Below the pieces are notes generated by a model. That model had not been told where the DNA came from. It ran no database searches and saw nothing but the letters and a program-made list of their open reading frames with translations. The translations under genes and the position numbers were made by a program. From NCBI GenBank assembly GCA_013239625.1, contig MU053629.1, positions 3,127,567 through 3,191,566 on the forward strand: a stretch of 64,000 nucleotides of DNA, given 5' to 3'. Each line of letters starts with the position of its first letter. Positions within the stretch are counted from its first letter, which is position 1. The stretch is from Lama guanicoe. Taxonomy: Eukaryota. Of the stretch, positions 1 through 14,089 are shown piece after piece.

Positions 1-180
1 CACTAAGATTCCCCAGGAAACCCCCTGAGGGGCTAGCAGCCTCCTACTAGTAGGTTTCGGTCCCAAGATGCTGAAGGTCAGGTAAAATGGGGAATTCAGG
101 GGGGTTCTATGAAAACTACGTTGATAAAACACCTATTGTTGACTGAAGGGGTGTAGATTACATTGGATTAATGGGATATG

Positions 181-350
181 GCCCAGCTGTGGTTCCACCA
201 TTAGTGGCTTTTGGCAAGTTGCCTCTGAAAAAATGAGGATAATAAAGATTAGTTACTCCTGCAGGGTTGCTCTGAGGGTTAAATGCTATAATACATGTGA
301 AGTGCTTAGCACCGTACCTGAAAATACTCAATAAATGTTAGATATTATTA
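181..350 (+). mobile_element. MIR SINE
   Basis: AAATGAGGATAATA...GTGAAGTGCTTAGCAC...CTCAATAAATGTTAG core. Confidence 0.75.
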
Positions 351-464
351 CATGAACAAGTGAAGGGAAAAATAAGACCCTAAAGGTTTCAAGTGAACTT
401 TCCAAAATTGTGCAGAATAGGCATTAGTCCCTCCCTATTTCCTGTCTCCACTTCTTCCATTATA

Positions 465-965
465 TTCAGTCAATCAACAAACATTCACTAAAATCGAAAC
501 AGAGGGGACTCACTGGTGAGGGAAGCAGAAAAGGTCTGGCTTCATGGAGCTGATTGTCTAGTGAGAAAAAGAGAGACAATAAATAATTCATCATATTTTG
601 AGGGAAATATGCTTAAAAGGTTATGGACAGAATTCTGGGAGCAAATACCAGGATAGCTTAAAAAAAAAACAGAGTATTCAGGAAGGGCCCATCTGAGGGA
701 TGAGAAAGAGCCAGTAATGTGAGAAATGCCCTGGGGAATTGTTTAAGGCATGGCGGGGCATGGCTGTACCAAGGACCTGTGGTAGGAAGGAACTTGACTA
801 TTGGAACTGAGCAAAGTCCATGGTGCTGGGAAATCCGTGGTGCCAGGAGGAGCCTGTCCTGAGATTGGAGAGGTAAGTGAGGGTTTATTCCCTCAGAGCC
901 TAGGAAGACTTGGAAACAAGATTGGATTTTATTGTAATTGCAGCTGAAAACTGTTGAGTAAGGCG
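465..965 (-). mobile_element. L2 3' fragment
   Basis: ATTCAGTCAATCAACAAACATT terminus followed by a purine-rich L2 body. Confidence 0.65.
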
Positions 966-3900
966 TGACTGTTAGAGCAAGGAGGTGGAAACAGTGATGT
1001 TTGCGGTAAGATATATCTATTTCAGGCAATATATGGGCCAAAGAAGTGGATTTAAAGTAAAACAAAACAAGACAAAAAACCCTGGGGTTGAGCCTTTTCA
1101 ACACTAAATTGGTCAGATTATATGTTCTGATCTTCAACTTCCTTATTAATAAAAGAAAAAGTGATCATCACATAAGACTGAAAATTGTTAAACAATGTAA
1201 TTTGTTACTAAGTGTTTTGTGTCATGTTAGCCTCGTGTATAGTTGCAAAATCAGTGGTATTTCATAAATATATTTATTGGTTTTTTAACTGATTAAGTAG
1301 TAATCCAAATCAGTGATTCTTACTCATTTTTGCAGAGTGATCCTAAAGGAAAGAATATGTACTGTTATGAATGTGTAGCTTATTGACGCTATAGTTCCAA
1401 ATGTGTTTAAATGCTTAGCTCTGCACTTTCTCATGAAATTTGCTATCAAGACACGAATTTTTTTAAAAATTGTAAAATGTGCAAAACATAAAATTGACCA
1501 TTTTAAGTATTTTTAAATTACAGTTCAGTGGCATTAAGTACGTGGTTGTGCAACCATCTCCACTGTCCATTTCCAGAACTTTTTCATCACCCTAAACTGA
1601 AACTCTGACCCAGCAAATGAAAATTCCTATCCTACTTTCTAAGACGTGTATTTTTTAAAGGTATCTGGTGAGTTCCCCCCACCCCCAAAAATGGCAATGG
1701 CTTTGGTGATCAGTAGGATTGTTTGCTTCCATTCAAGGATTTATTGGACGATACCCTATAAGTTTAGAAATCGCTACCCAAGAAATAAAGATTAGTGGAA
1801 GTTTTTAGCTCAGATGGCTAACGTATCATACTAATGAGGAGTACTAACATAGGACCAATTAATTTTAACACTGAAAAATTGTCTTACGTAGCCATGAAAT
1901 GTGCTCTGTGGTCTTGCATATATGCTCCAAGATGGCCCAGACAACCTGCCCCTTTATTTTTGTATGGCTACTTTTGTGTGTATCTTTTTAATGCCATTAA
2001 CTTTCATTAAAAGATAAATGATTCCAGCTCTGGGTAACTTTAATTTTAAAAACTACTCTTCTGTGAAGAATGGATTAGAAAAGGGCAAGAGAGAAGGAAG
2101 CATATTTTTGCCACATTTCAGATAACCCAGCATTTCGATAAAGTTATAAAGCTCGAAAGATCCAGATCTTGACCTGAATATACTGAGTTACCAACTTTTT
2201 TTGCATTTCAAGTACGTCCTAGATGAAGCATTTTCACTCTATTAAACAAAAAGTTGAATCTCTTTTCCAGGCTGGACCCTTCCTCCTTGCTGCCCATATC
2301 AGCCACAGTGTTTTTATCCCCAGCTCGAGGGCCTGGCTGTAGGCCAGTGATTACAAGGGAGGGGTTACAGCATAAAGGAGCACGGAGGAGCTTCTGCAGA
2401 TGCTGGATATCTAGATGACTGTCTAGATCATAGTGATGGTTTCATGGGTATAGACGTAGGTCAGATTTATCAAGTTGCACACTTTAAACATGTGTAGTCT
2501 ACTGTGCGAATTATATCTCAATAAAGCTGTAAAAAAAAAATTAAAAGTCCAATTGGGAACCTCTCATTCTTTCCCCATTAGGACACCGTTTATTTAACCT
2601 TTTGTTGGTTTCAATTGTTGTGAGACCTGTCAGATCAATTCCTCTTTGAGGAGGAGCTTGATGTATCAAACATTTGAGTAGGAACAAAAAGCGCTCTTTA
2701 AATTGGCAAACAAATTCAAATACTGTCATCTACTTTACAGAATACCAATTAAAATATAGACATAGAATTGCAAGCATAGTTTACAGAATGGAATTCTAAA
2801 AAGTTCCAAAAGTTGAAAAGTTTTGAAATATTTATTTTGATCAAAGAAAACACATTTTGAAAGAACATATTAAAAAGCAATAGAAAAACAATCAGCAGTA
2901 TTTGCATGCTCAGGAAATGCCTTTAAGTACCTCTTAGCCCTTAGCAGTCCTATAACGAGTCCTGTCAGTCTCCCAGGCATACATCACTATAGTCATAGTC
3001 GAACCCTAAATGAGATTTGGGCAAGGGAGTCTAACAATGCAGACACGGCCCGATAGAAGAGTGTGGCTCAGGAATTTGGGCCCCGTGCCTTTTCTGAAAT
3101 TATGCCCTCTTTTACACCTGGAGCTCTATTTCTTAAAAATTACTTTCAAATACTGTGGTTTGAACATTGCATGAAAGAAAATTATGAAACCAGTAAGAAT
3201 TTAAAGTACAGAAAGCTTAAGCATTTATACAGGCTAATCCTCTCCACCTGTTAAATCTATTCACCTAATTGCTGGAACAGAAGTTTTTCATGTTTTGGAA
3301 AAAGCCTTCTATAAAGCTGTTCTTCTATCCATCCCTTATGGCTTCCTTATGGGTGAAAAAGCCTTCTACCAGGGGATTATGGTCTTTTAGAAACCCTTTG
3401 ACTGTGTCCCAAAACAGAACCCATGGTACCAAATTCTACTCATCGTGAAAAAGTATTAGAATGACATTCCAGTGTATTTAATCCACACACTGAAACTTAC
3501 TGGCAGTGTTGTCAAACTATCATCTTATTTCTTAAAAACACAACTCTGTTGAAATCCTTTTCAGAGACAAATTATCTGAACAACTTGCAAGAATAATAGT
3601 GAGAAATGTCACGTGGCAAATCGCATTCTGAACCTGATACTTGAGAGGGGTGTCCAGGGACAGGAGGGCTGCAGCAGTCGGAGCCACTGCTGTCTTTATC
3701 CTTTGGGGCTGAGAAGTCATATCACTGAATCAGTACTTTTTCACCAATTTGAGAATTAACACCTCAACATCCTCCTCAAGTCACAGCTTTTACCTCTCTC
3801 AACAATTCCTTCTGAATTCAATTTTTAGTTTTTAAATGATCTGCAAAAGGAAGATATTTTTACATAGTGTATCTCTCTGTCATTGTCCACAATCAAGGAT

Positions 3901-4296
3901 TTCCATAACTTTTATCAAATTCACTTCAGTTAGCATTTATGCACAAAGTCCTATGCTGGGCACAGAAGGAAAACAAAGGTAGGGAAGCTCATATTAGAGG
4001 CACAAAGTATGTCCCCAGGCATGCAACCTTAATTTAAAAAATCAGACCATGAGAAGTTCTGCACTGGATGTTTAAACTCGTTGCTCTGGGAGCCTAGGGG
4101 AGTTGAGTGGTTAATTCTGAGTGTCGGCATTGAAGGTGAGGAATAGATGGCATTTGAACCAATCCTGAGAGAACTTAGACTTTCTATAAAAGGCAGGGGG
4201 CATCATTGGGACATGGGGATGGGGGTGATTTAAGATAGGAAAAGCTCTTAATTTTTTTCTCTCTGAATCTTTATAACAGATGTATTAGACAGAGAA

Positions 4297-4453
4297 GGGA
4301 GGGGATAGCTCAAGTGGTAGAGTGTTATGCCCAGCATGCCTAAGGTCCTGGGTTCAATCTCCAGTACCTCCACTGAAAAATCAAATCAATAAATAAACCT
4401 ATTACCTCCTCCCTGCAAATAAAGAATGAATGAATGAATGAATGAATGAATGA
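4297..4453 (+). mobile_element. tRNA-Ala-derived SINE (Vic-1-type) with (AATG)n tail
   Basis: A box, B box GGTTCAATC, AAATAAACCTA-TTACCTCC tail module; degenerate 17-bp TSD at 4273-4289 and 4454-4470. Confidence 0.9.
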
Positions 4454-7400
4454 ATAACAAATGCATTAGAATTGTTCTCAGTGAGAGAGAGGCCCATAAA
4501 CTGTTCCAATACTTTGACTCTCTTTGGGAGTGGCCAAAGGTTTAAATAATTTGGAAGGATGGATATCTGGGCTGACTTGCAGGAAGTATGAGTCAGCTTT
4601 TCTCATGTACTCAGCACTGTTGTTACAGCTAGGACATTTGGGAAACATGAAGCCAAACAAATCAGATGCTGTAAGTCTTCCCTTGTTACTGATTGGCCCA
4701 GACATGCATCCTGCAAGGATAGACAACAGGGACGCCCTTTTTATTGTCAAGGGTGAAGGAACCCTGCTGGCAAGGGGAAACACCTGCAATTGAAAAAAAT
4801 AACAAAACTTTAAAATACTTCAGTTTTCTATATAATCCCTCAGACTAGGAGACAGACACCTCTTTAGTCCACCGCTCTCTTCTCCGCTTCAGGATTGTAT
4901 ACTCAGTTGCCTCCAGACATCTCAGTCCTAAGTGCACCTGAAAGCCAACATTCTCAAAGTTAAACTCATTATCTTCACCCCAAACCTGTTTCTCCTATAC
5001 TCTAATTTCTTGAATAGTAGTCACTATGCACTAGTCACAAAAGTCAAAACCTGTGAGTAATCAGCTCTTTATCCCCCTTATTCTTTAACACTTAATCATC
5101 AGAACAATTTGTACCACCTCCTTAACACCGAGTATATCCTTCCTCACCTCCCCATCTCCATTCCTACTGACCTAGTTCAAACCCACATCTGTTTTTTTAC
5201 TTGAAATTTTATAGCAGTCAACTAATTGGGTTCCCTGTCTCCCATCTTTCCCTCTTAGATCCGTCGCTCCCTTTGTTGCCAGGCTGATCTTTCTAAAGAA
5301 GAAATGTGATCAGTTGTTCCAGAGGTAATTTGAAATTGCTACCTTCCTCTTTTCCTTTATATCTATTCTTGGTGGAAAAGTTCATCAATGTCCAGTCTTG
5401 ATGTTACCCCCAGAGGAGCAGGGCATTAGGGCCGATGCCTGGTTCTCCCCTTTCCCTCTCCAGTATAGGCAAGACAGCCTCTCATTCAGAACACTTTCAG
5501 ACTCATGACCGGAGGCTCTTAATGGAGACAACGCATTTAAGCCTCTGTTGTCCATAAGCACACGTGCATACAGACAAAGAGATGGATTTGTTTAATTATA
5601 TTAAGGTAGTTATATTAAGGGCAAAGTTAATCCAGAAAGGAAGATTTCTAACAATTAGTTTATTCAGGATTTGGAGAATAATAGACTTTTAGTAATAAAG
5701 ATTTAAATTAGAAAACAAACAAACAAAAAAGATCTCCAGAGCTTATTTTAGGCCCTTGAATGTCAGAATCACTTTACTATCTCCTATAAACAGATATCTT
5801 TCCTCTGCATTGTTCACTTATAACCCTGCGAGTTTTCATATCTGGTTTAAGTATCTTAACAGCATTTTAAATTTAATAAACATCACCTTATTGATTTAAT
5901 AGAATTTAGATGTTGTAATCGTAACTTACAGAGTTTTAAATTATGCTAAAAGGGAAACAGAAAGAAGTTGAGATGAGGCTGGCTTTTACTTAAATGTATT
6001 AAAACTGAAGTAGAGGAAAGGCTTTTAAAGAAGGCACCCTAGGGCAGTGCTGGCAAGCTCCTGCCCTCTGTGCAACGCTGTCTGGAAAGCAGTGGATCAT
6101 ATAGTGAAGAAAGAAAAGCTGCAGAATTCTTGATGTCAGGCTGAAAACAGTATATAACGATACAGCTCATTTTTAACCAACTCTATGCAAAAAGGCAATG
6201 GAGAATTAGTGACATCATGAAAAAAGATAAAAAGCATTTTCTTCCATTTCAAATTCTCCTGGTGATCACATAACACAAGGCTCTGTTTGCCACAAGGTTG
6301 GAACCAAGTATTGAAATGCTAGAGGTAATAAAAATGATGTCAGTTGCAAAGGAAAATCTCAAGGGTGGAGTTCAGGTAACAAGTAGGGCAACTAGATAAG
6401 GGCAGGGTTTAAATGGATTGGATTATAGAGCAGTTGAGGTGGGGCAGGAAGTTAGGAATGGATTTAAAGTGTATCTTCTGATTTATGTCATCATGGCTTT
6501 GTGAGAATGACACCTTCATAAATTGACTTCATGTTTCTTTAACCCGAAACATAGGCATTTTTTTTCAAAACACAGGCATTTTGAACAGGAAGGAACCTTA
6601 GGGATCGTATAATGAACGTTTCATTTTCCAAAAAGCAAACATTTGCCCGCTTGCAATCTGTCCATGGGCATATACATCCAACAGTGGGAGGAGAGCCAGG
6701 ATTAAAATCCAGATCCCCAGATTCCAAGTTCTTTGCTTTCTCTTATTACATGAACATCCAATCAGCCCTGAGAACTCGGTATTCCAAACTCCACATGAAG
6801 TGAGCTGGATACGTAGGAAAATTATTTTGGAGATGAAGAAGCTGAGGCTTAGTAAGGTAGAATGGATTTACCAAATCCTATGGCTGGGCTAGACCAAAGC
6901 CCAGGCTTCACAATCCCTGGGCGAATAGGCTTCTACCAAACCACAGTGAAATCTTAAATGCCCTGTGCCTAGGCATAGAATTCACTCCTTCAGCTTACAG
7001 GTATTTTGCTTTGTGCTGTTACATGCTAGGTACCCTGCTAGGTGCCATAGAAAAGATTATGAGCCTAAAAGATTTATTTTGCAAGACTAGATTTCTATTT
7101 TGCAAGACTAAAAATTGAACATTACCTAATTATCAGTGAAATGCCCATGCCTTTTGGTGGTTGATAAGCTACCAGGAAGTAAGTCTCGGTGTGGTAAAAT
7201 ATTGAGAATGTTTTCACTTTCACCAAAGGATGGGTTTCAAAGGCTTTACTGTATTACTGTATTTTTGTATTAAAAAAAATATAATACTGAGGGTTATTGA
7301 GACTGCAGGAAAACTAGAACACTCTTGCTCTGCTGGTGGGAGTGTCAAATGGCCCAACCCTTCTGGAAAGCAGTTTGACAACGTTTCGTAAAATTAAAAA

Positions 7401-7454
7401 TGCGAATACCCTACAGTCCAGAAATTCCATTTCTGGACATACTGATCCCCTCAC

Positions 7455-7666
7455 CCTCATTCGAAATTACTCTGAATAATCACTGCAGCCAATGCAGGAT
7501 CGACTGAAGCCTTTGTTACTGCTTCATGAGAGCCCCAAACTCCCTCTGTGCATATTCCTGCTTCTTCACTCCCCAGTAGGTGCCGATCTCTGGACACTCC
7601 CCCATAAACATCCTGTACATAAATTTCTGTCTCAGGTCTACATCCCAAGCAACTCAGCCTGTGATG
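7455..7666 (+). mobile_element. LTR16-like 3' fragment within an old L1
   Basis: CACTCCCCCATAAACATCCTG...TCTCAGGTCTAC...CAGCCTGTGA ending. Confidence 0.55.
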
Positions 7667-9162
7667 ATATATGCATGTACGCATGTATAGGATCTTAATG
7701 TAAAATTATTTCTCACCCTGCATATTGGCCATAGAAGTTTAAAAACTCCTGCATCTAGGGAAATTCTTGTGCATATACACCAGGAGACACTATGAGGATG
7801 TTCACTGGAGTATTATTCATAGTAATGACTGGGCAAAAACTAAATGTCCATAGTCATGCAATGGAATATTATACAAAAATTAAAATTAGTAAAATCTACT
7901 AACATCTGTCAACATGGACAAATCTCTAAAATGAAAGGATATTTACCAACTTCATGGCAGTGGCTACCTCTGGAGGAGGAGTGTGGGAAATGGGATGAAA
8001 TTGGGGCTTCAGCTGTAGCATTGTACGCCTTTTAAAGAAGCATCTAAACAAACATGCCAAAATTATAGCATTTATTAAATGTATGTGGGTACATGGATTT
8101 TTTTTACTTTTCTGTATGTTTAAAATATTTTAAAATTGAATTTTGTTCAATGAATTATTACTGCAGCAAATCTACATAAAAAGACAAAGCATTGTAACTT
8201 TATCTTACTATCAGGAAGTAGTGAAAAGACAGTTAACAAGATCATTTCCTCTTATACAAGAAATTTGGTCAAATTTTAATGACTCATGGAGACCAGACAT
8301 TCCAGTTATAATTCTTTGGCTGGTTTATTATGCATTATTTTTACCTTCTGTTTTCATTACTACCAAGTTTCATGTAATGAGAACAATACGGGAATCTTTT
8401 AGGAGTTCATCAATATGTCTGTTGTACTCTGTAAAGGCAAAAAAAAGGGTATAAAAAAAAAAGCAGGGGTATTTACTTGACTATATATAAGTAGGGTCCC
8501 TATAGTTTACTAGGAGCTTCACATTAGCTTCATGTTAGTGGTGATGGGATAGAGGATGAGAAAGGACAATAGAGATATCATTATCATGACATTCCTGCGT
8601 CTTCAGGGCATTTCCTTTTGTGTCATATAGGGCACCTAGAGTCCAAATGAAGCTGGCCAAGTTGCATTAGAAGGAGGAATTCAGTAGAGGTTAGTGTTAT
8701 TATCCAAAAGCCTATGTAACAGATAGATCTAAGGAAGAAACTAACGTCAGCAGAATAAAAGTATGGTCAGTAATGAAACTATAAATTAGGGTAAGAAGTG
8801 GTTGCAGCTTTGGGAGAGTCTCTGCTGGAGTGTTTACTTACCCTTCATTTTACTTACTTAGGTTTGGTTTTATTTTTCTGCAGTACATGTGCAAAGTGTA
8901 ACACTTTGCCTCTGTAGATTTAATATGATCTACAAAATCTAATGTAGAAACTTCATTAATACTTCAACTAATGCATATATTTAAGAAAAAGCAAAATTTT
9001 AGAATATTAGTGAGCCCCATGTATAAAAACAATCGATATAAAACAAATGTTCGCACCCTGTTTTGAGAACACAAGGAGTCCATTTATAGGGAAACTACAC
9101 TAATACAAAATAGATTCTAAATGATGATATGTAGGGGTTTCCAAAGCAACGAGGAAGTTGAG

Positions 9163-9276
9163 GGGGAGGGTATAGCTCAGTGGTAGAGTGCCTGCCTAGC
9201 ATGCACAAAGTCCTGGGTTCAATCCCCAGTACCTCCATTAAAAAAATAATAATAAATAAATAAATAAATAAACCTA
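9163..9276 (+). mobile_element. Vic-1-type SINE, 3'-truncated within the tail
   Basis: Full tRNA-like head; perfect 15-bp TSD AACGAGGAAGTTGAG at 9148-9162 and 9277-9291. Confidence 0.92.
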
Positions 9277-11130
9277 AACGAGGAAGTTGAGAGAAGCATA
9301 TTTAGGGGTCAGAGTCTGTTAGAAATAGTTGCAGATAAAAGTTTGGGGAAGAATTGCTATTGCCCACATCAGTCCTCAGAACTAAGAATTTCAGAGAATT
9401 TGAATAACTGGACCAGAAGCTGATTTGGATAAATAAGAATATCATCTGGGCTAGACACATCTATGCTATTAACTAAAGTGGATCGGAAAATATCTTCCAA
9501 AATAATTACTACTACTTTGAATTGTGAGAAAAAGATTTGTGGCTTGATTACACCGTCTATGAAACACATTTTTTTCCAGATGTTAAGCAAGTATAGCGTG
9601 AGATCTACTAGAAATGCACCTAGAATAGGAACGACACTTGTGATGTGTGTTTTGTTTGTGAAAAAACTGTGCCTTTGGACCATGATTATTAGCTTATAGT
9701 TCCAGGGAAACTTCATATCCAGGGCCCAGGAAACCTCACTTGGTGGGTTTTTTTTTTTTTTTTGGCCTAGTTAAATTTCTTGGAATAGGAAGTTATGATA
9801 CAAGTTTTCTCAGAAACTGTGCAGGTGCCTCTGAGAAACTTTTGTAAGTCCCTTTAAAAAATACCTGAAACTTTAGGATAATCTATAAAAATTTTGAATC
9901 AAGAAAAAGAGATTAAAAAAACAAAAACAAAAAAATCTGAATCACTGCATTGTATACCTGAAACTCATATAGTATTTTATATCAACCATACCTCAAAAAA
10001 TTTTTTTCTTAATTAAAATTGGTAAATTTAGAGGGAACAGGAAAAGAAATTTCTGTGTAGCATAAAGACTAGAACAGAAGGCCTGGGCATGAGGTGGCTT
10101 GTGGAAGGACCATTTGTTTGCTCTCATTCACAACTGGTAAACTATTAAGATATTAGCTAATCCTAGTCCAAATTTGTGGATACAGGGGAGGACATCCCTG
10201 ACCTTTTATTTTCAATTAACCATGTGCCTCCCACTCCAAGTACAACCCCAGCTATATCTTAAATCATTCTCTCCTTTTGAGTATTTTATGATCAAGACTA
10301 TAATTATTTGAAGGACTTCCCAGGGCTTTCATCATTCATTCTGTGACTATATGTTGTCCTAGTTCTTAATTACATGGCTTATAACAACCCATGTATTTGG
10401 GTAGAGTGATTGTTCATTTTCATCATTATTAAAGACATTCAGGTGTCTACATAGAGCCACACAGGTAGGCATTTACAAAAGAAAGTCCTCAGACACAATT
10501 TTTTCTTCCATCAGCCAAAACTAACCTCAACACAGGACACTTACTTTGTATGATAAATCTTTGGTCTCCAATTTTATCACAAAACCCCACCTCAAACCCT
10601 GAAACCTCATACAGAATCACATAGGACTACATACCTTATTGGTACTCAATAAATGATGATCAACTGTTAGTGCGTTGGTCTTCGTAATTCTCATAAGGAT
10701 GACAATCATTTATTTTGACCATTAGTTGTCCTTAATCTAAAGTTATGCCACGCTTGAGAGTCTCTGCAGGAACCACCTTAATCTTTAGTGAACACAGGGC
10801 TCATTCAGAGAGCTCAGAGAACTTAGACATTTTTGTTTTTAAAATGTTACCCATTCTAAGACCTTCACGTGAAAAAGTTACACGGAGTACTCTTTCCCGT
10901 GATCGCTTCTCCTTCCTCTTCCTCTTCTTTTTTTCATGTCCTCTTCGGTTTACAACAGACACAGCTATTTTACAACCTCCCACCAAAGTTTTGCAACAGA
11001 ATGGCCTTGAAATAGAATACTGCCCAGTTGAAAGCTTAGGCAATCATAATGGAATAAATGAACCTGGGCCTGCTAGACGTCACGTGTTCCTTCTTAAGAG
11101 GAAAGCTATCACATTTTTAGGAGAATGTTA

Positions 11131-11242
11131 TTATTATTTTTTAAAATTTTTATTCTTTTGATGGAGGTACTGGAGATTGAACCCAGGACTTTGTGCAAGC
11201 TAAGCATGCACTTGACCACTGAGCTATATACCCTCCCCTCCA
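11131..11242 (-). mobile_element. Vic-1-type SINE (short form)
   Basis: Reverse-complement head; TSD GAGAATGTTA at 11121-11130 and 11243-11252. Confidence 0.9.
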
Positions 11243-12589
11243 GAGAATGTTACTCTTGAAGTGACCCTGTACCCTTCTATATTAGAGTTCTCAATTGCTG
11301 TGACATAGCTACAGCACTGCAACTAAGAAATAACCCTACTGTTTACAAGTGCTGCTTTAATTACTAAAATACAGCTTCTAAAAATAAGTAGTTGCTACTA
11401 CTTGGTCACTACCATAGTGTTTCTCATTTCTCTTAAAAATGGTAAAATCGCTGAGGGCACGTAAACCCTTTAAAATTTCACTGTAAATGTCTGCATACTT
11501 GAGCTGCATCAGCAAATGAGTTAAACAGCTGCAATAATGCTCTGAAACCAAAGCTTGTTTCTCAAAAATGTGTTAATCTCTGTTTGGGGGTTTTGTTTAT
11601 TTGTTGGTTGGAGTTTTTTTTTCTTTTTTTTGCAAGAAACCTCATAACTGACTTGTAACCCATAGATGACTTGCTTGGGTTTCAGAGCTTTCTTTTTTTC
11701 AATTTTGATTCCGACATGAAATTGAAATGATAAATAAGCAACATATGGGCTACTCTGATAGACTGAAAACTCTCCTTAGGCTGCACATGGCTCGTGATAA
11801 CAGTATAATATGCTGTCACTCTGCTGACCTGACGGTCTCGAGACATTTTGTAAATATGGTATATCCACTCAAAGCCAACCTAATGGCCCATTTTTCTCCA
11901 TTCCTACACATTTAAGATCGTTTTCCTGTGGAAACTTGAAGAAAGTTAAAAGAAAAAAATTTTTTTTCTCAGTAGCTGTCGGTAAATTGCCAGGGTTCTT
12001 GTAAAATGTCACAAGCCAGCAGTGAACAGTTCGGTAATATGGTTTTCCTAACCACACAAAAGTTTGTTCAGCCAGTCAGTGGTCTCATGATCTATCTAAC
12101 GACTTTATTTATGTGACTGGCAGCACTATCTTATGATAATTAGGTGACACTAAAGCCTCAGAAAAACCTTGATTCCAGGGCAATATAAGATGCCAGTTTC
12201 CTTTGGCCCTTTTTTTTTTTCTATAGAAATTTCTTGGGTTCTTGACTAGTTGGAATAATTATTTTGGTGACCTTGGGCTTGGTTGAATTATTCTAAAAAA
12301 TAAAGATTTTTATTAAGTAGTTTAATGGAAACTCACACACTGAATAAACTGTTATCAACACACTTAAATCATTCTTCATAGAGCTCTTGAACCTGTGAGG
12401 AGTTGCATGAAATTGTCTTCTCTGAATCTGTTTTGTTTCATAGTTAATTAGTGAAAAATCGTTGTTCAAAAACAAAGTCATTGTTCACCCATTTAAGAGA
12501 ATGAAAAGAATGGCATAATTTTGACCTGAAGAATGAAGAATTTCTTACATTTGTGTCAGTGTCTACATAGCACAACAAAAACTGGAGAT

Positions 12590-12622
12590 TTGCAGCAGAT
12601 GACTGGATAAAGAAGTTGTAGT

Positions 12623-12676
<54 letters not shown>

Positions 12677-13151
12677 CGGAATACTACTCAGCCATAAAAA
12701 AGAATAAAATGCCAATGGCAGCAGCATGGGTAGACCTAGAGATTGTCATACTAAGTGAAGTAAGCTGAAAGAGAAAGAAAAATACCTTGTTACTTATATG
12801 TGGAGTCTAAAAAAATGACACAAATGAACTTATTTACAAAACAGAAACAGACTCAGAGACATAGAAAACAAACTTATGGTTACCAGGGCAGAAACGGGGT
12901 GGGAAGTGATAAATTGGGAATTTGAGATTTGCAGATTCAAACCTACTATATATATAAAACAGAGGAATAGCCAGGTCCTACTATATACAGCACAGGGAAA
13001 TATATTCAGTATCTTATAGTAACCTATAATGAAAAAGAACATGAAAAGGAGTACATGTATGTATATGTATGACTGAAATATTTGGCTGTACATCAGAAAT
13101 TGACACAACATTGTAAACTGACTATACTTCAATTTAAAAGAAAAGAAAAAA
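12590..13151 (+). mobile_element. Lineage-specific LINE-1 3' end (ORF2 C-terminus and 3' UTR) containing a (CA)n microsatellite
   Basis: GAATACTACTCAGCCATAAAAAAGAA, ACCTAGAGATTGTCATACTAAGTGAAG; terminus CATTGTAAACTGACTATACTTCAAT plus A-tail. Confidence 0.9.
12624..12673. repeat. (CA)n microsatellite, about 24 units
   Basis: Direct inspection. Confidence 0.95.
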
Positions 13152-14089
13152 GTAAAGATTTGGTGTGCACTCAGTTCCAGTTATTTTGAGAAATGGGGAA
13201 AATTAGCTTGGACTTTGTGATCTGAATTATTTGGTTTGGGTTAGAATCTTTGGGTTTGACTCTTTACATTTAAAAATATACATCATTGCTCAAAGAAAGT
13301 GGCAGCGTGTTCCACATTGCTGATGATTCCCATCAGAAGAAGAAAGCAAGGGAAGCAGTCTTCAGCAAGAGTAAGCAAGCATATTTCTCTTCCATGCATT
13401 ACAAAGCAAAAACTGTATTTGCAACTCTATGTTCATTTCAAAGTTCATTGATATAAAGGAGCTGGAATTCAACTCTTATAGAAGCTAACTATGATTCTTT
13501 AGCCAAAACTTTCTTGGCTGAGCCTTAGATTTATGGTTCAGGTTATTCTCAGGCTGCTGGCTTGGTTCAGAAAACCAAGCACCCTGTACAACTCTGAATT
13601 AGAAGTCTCAAAAAAATCCTACTTTTCTTAATTACACTGTATTTTGTAAGAAGATTACTTGTTCTAAAATTAGCCCTCTGATGATGGCAAAACAGCTGGA
13701 TGAAAAGTAAAAAATGCAAGGACTCATCTTGCTATTTCAGACATACAAACTCGAACACCTCTTTGATTCTTAATCTCCATATGTTTTGCAGTTGTACAAA
13801 ATACACAAGACTATGGTACGTTAAAGTGTGTTGAAGTCTGATGTGTACTGGTTTTTAATTCCTGCTATGTATTTTTTCTTTTCTTTTTTGCTGTTATATG
13901 TTAAAAATAGCAATACTGTTCACTTTTTGATGAGGTTTGGCACATAATCTCATAAGAGTTTCTAGAATGAGAACTGAACTCGCTTTTTCTTAGGCAAAAT
14001 TTGCTCTTGGCTAACAGAAGCTGTCAGAGACCCTGTTACATTTTTACCCAGTCTGAAAATCTTTGTCCTTAAAAAAGAAAAAAGAATTA

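Noticed and set aside
658..1137. 159-aa ORF
   Set aside because: Overlaps an L2 relic, non-ATG start, no homology recognised.
1..1500. DENND4A exons or promoter expected from human synteny
   Set aside because: No DENND4A coding sequence or CpG island is visible; if synteny holds it lies upstream of the window.
3608..3617. Isolated USF/CLEAR-like E-box GTCACGTGGC
   Set aside because: A single motif with no CpG island or motif cluster; not enough to call.
9163..9237. SINE heads as genuine tRNA-Ala(AGC) genes
   Set aside because: They have TSDs, A-rich tails, stem mismatches and many diverged copies, so they are SINEs; tRNA scanners may miscall them.
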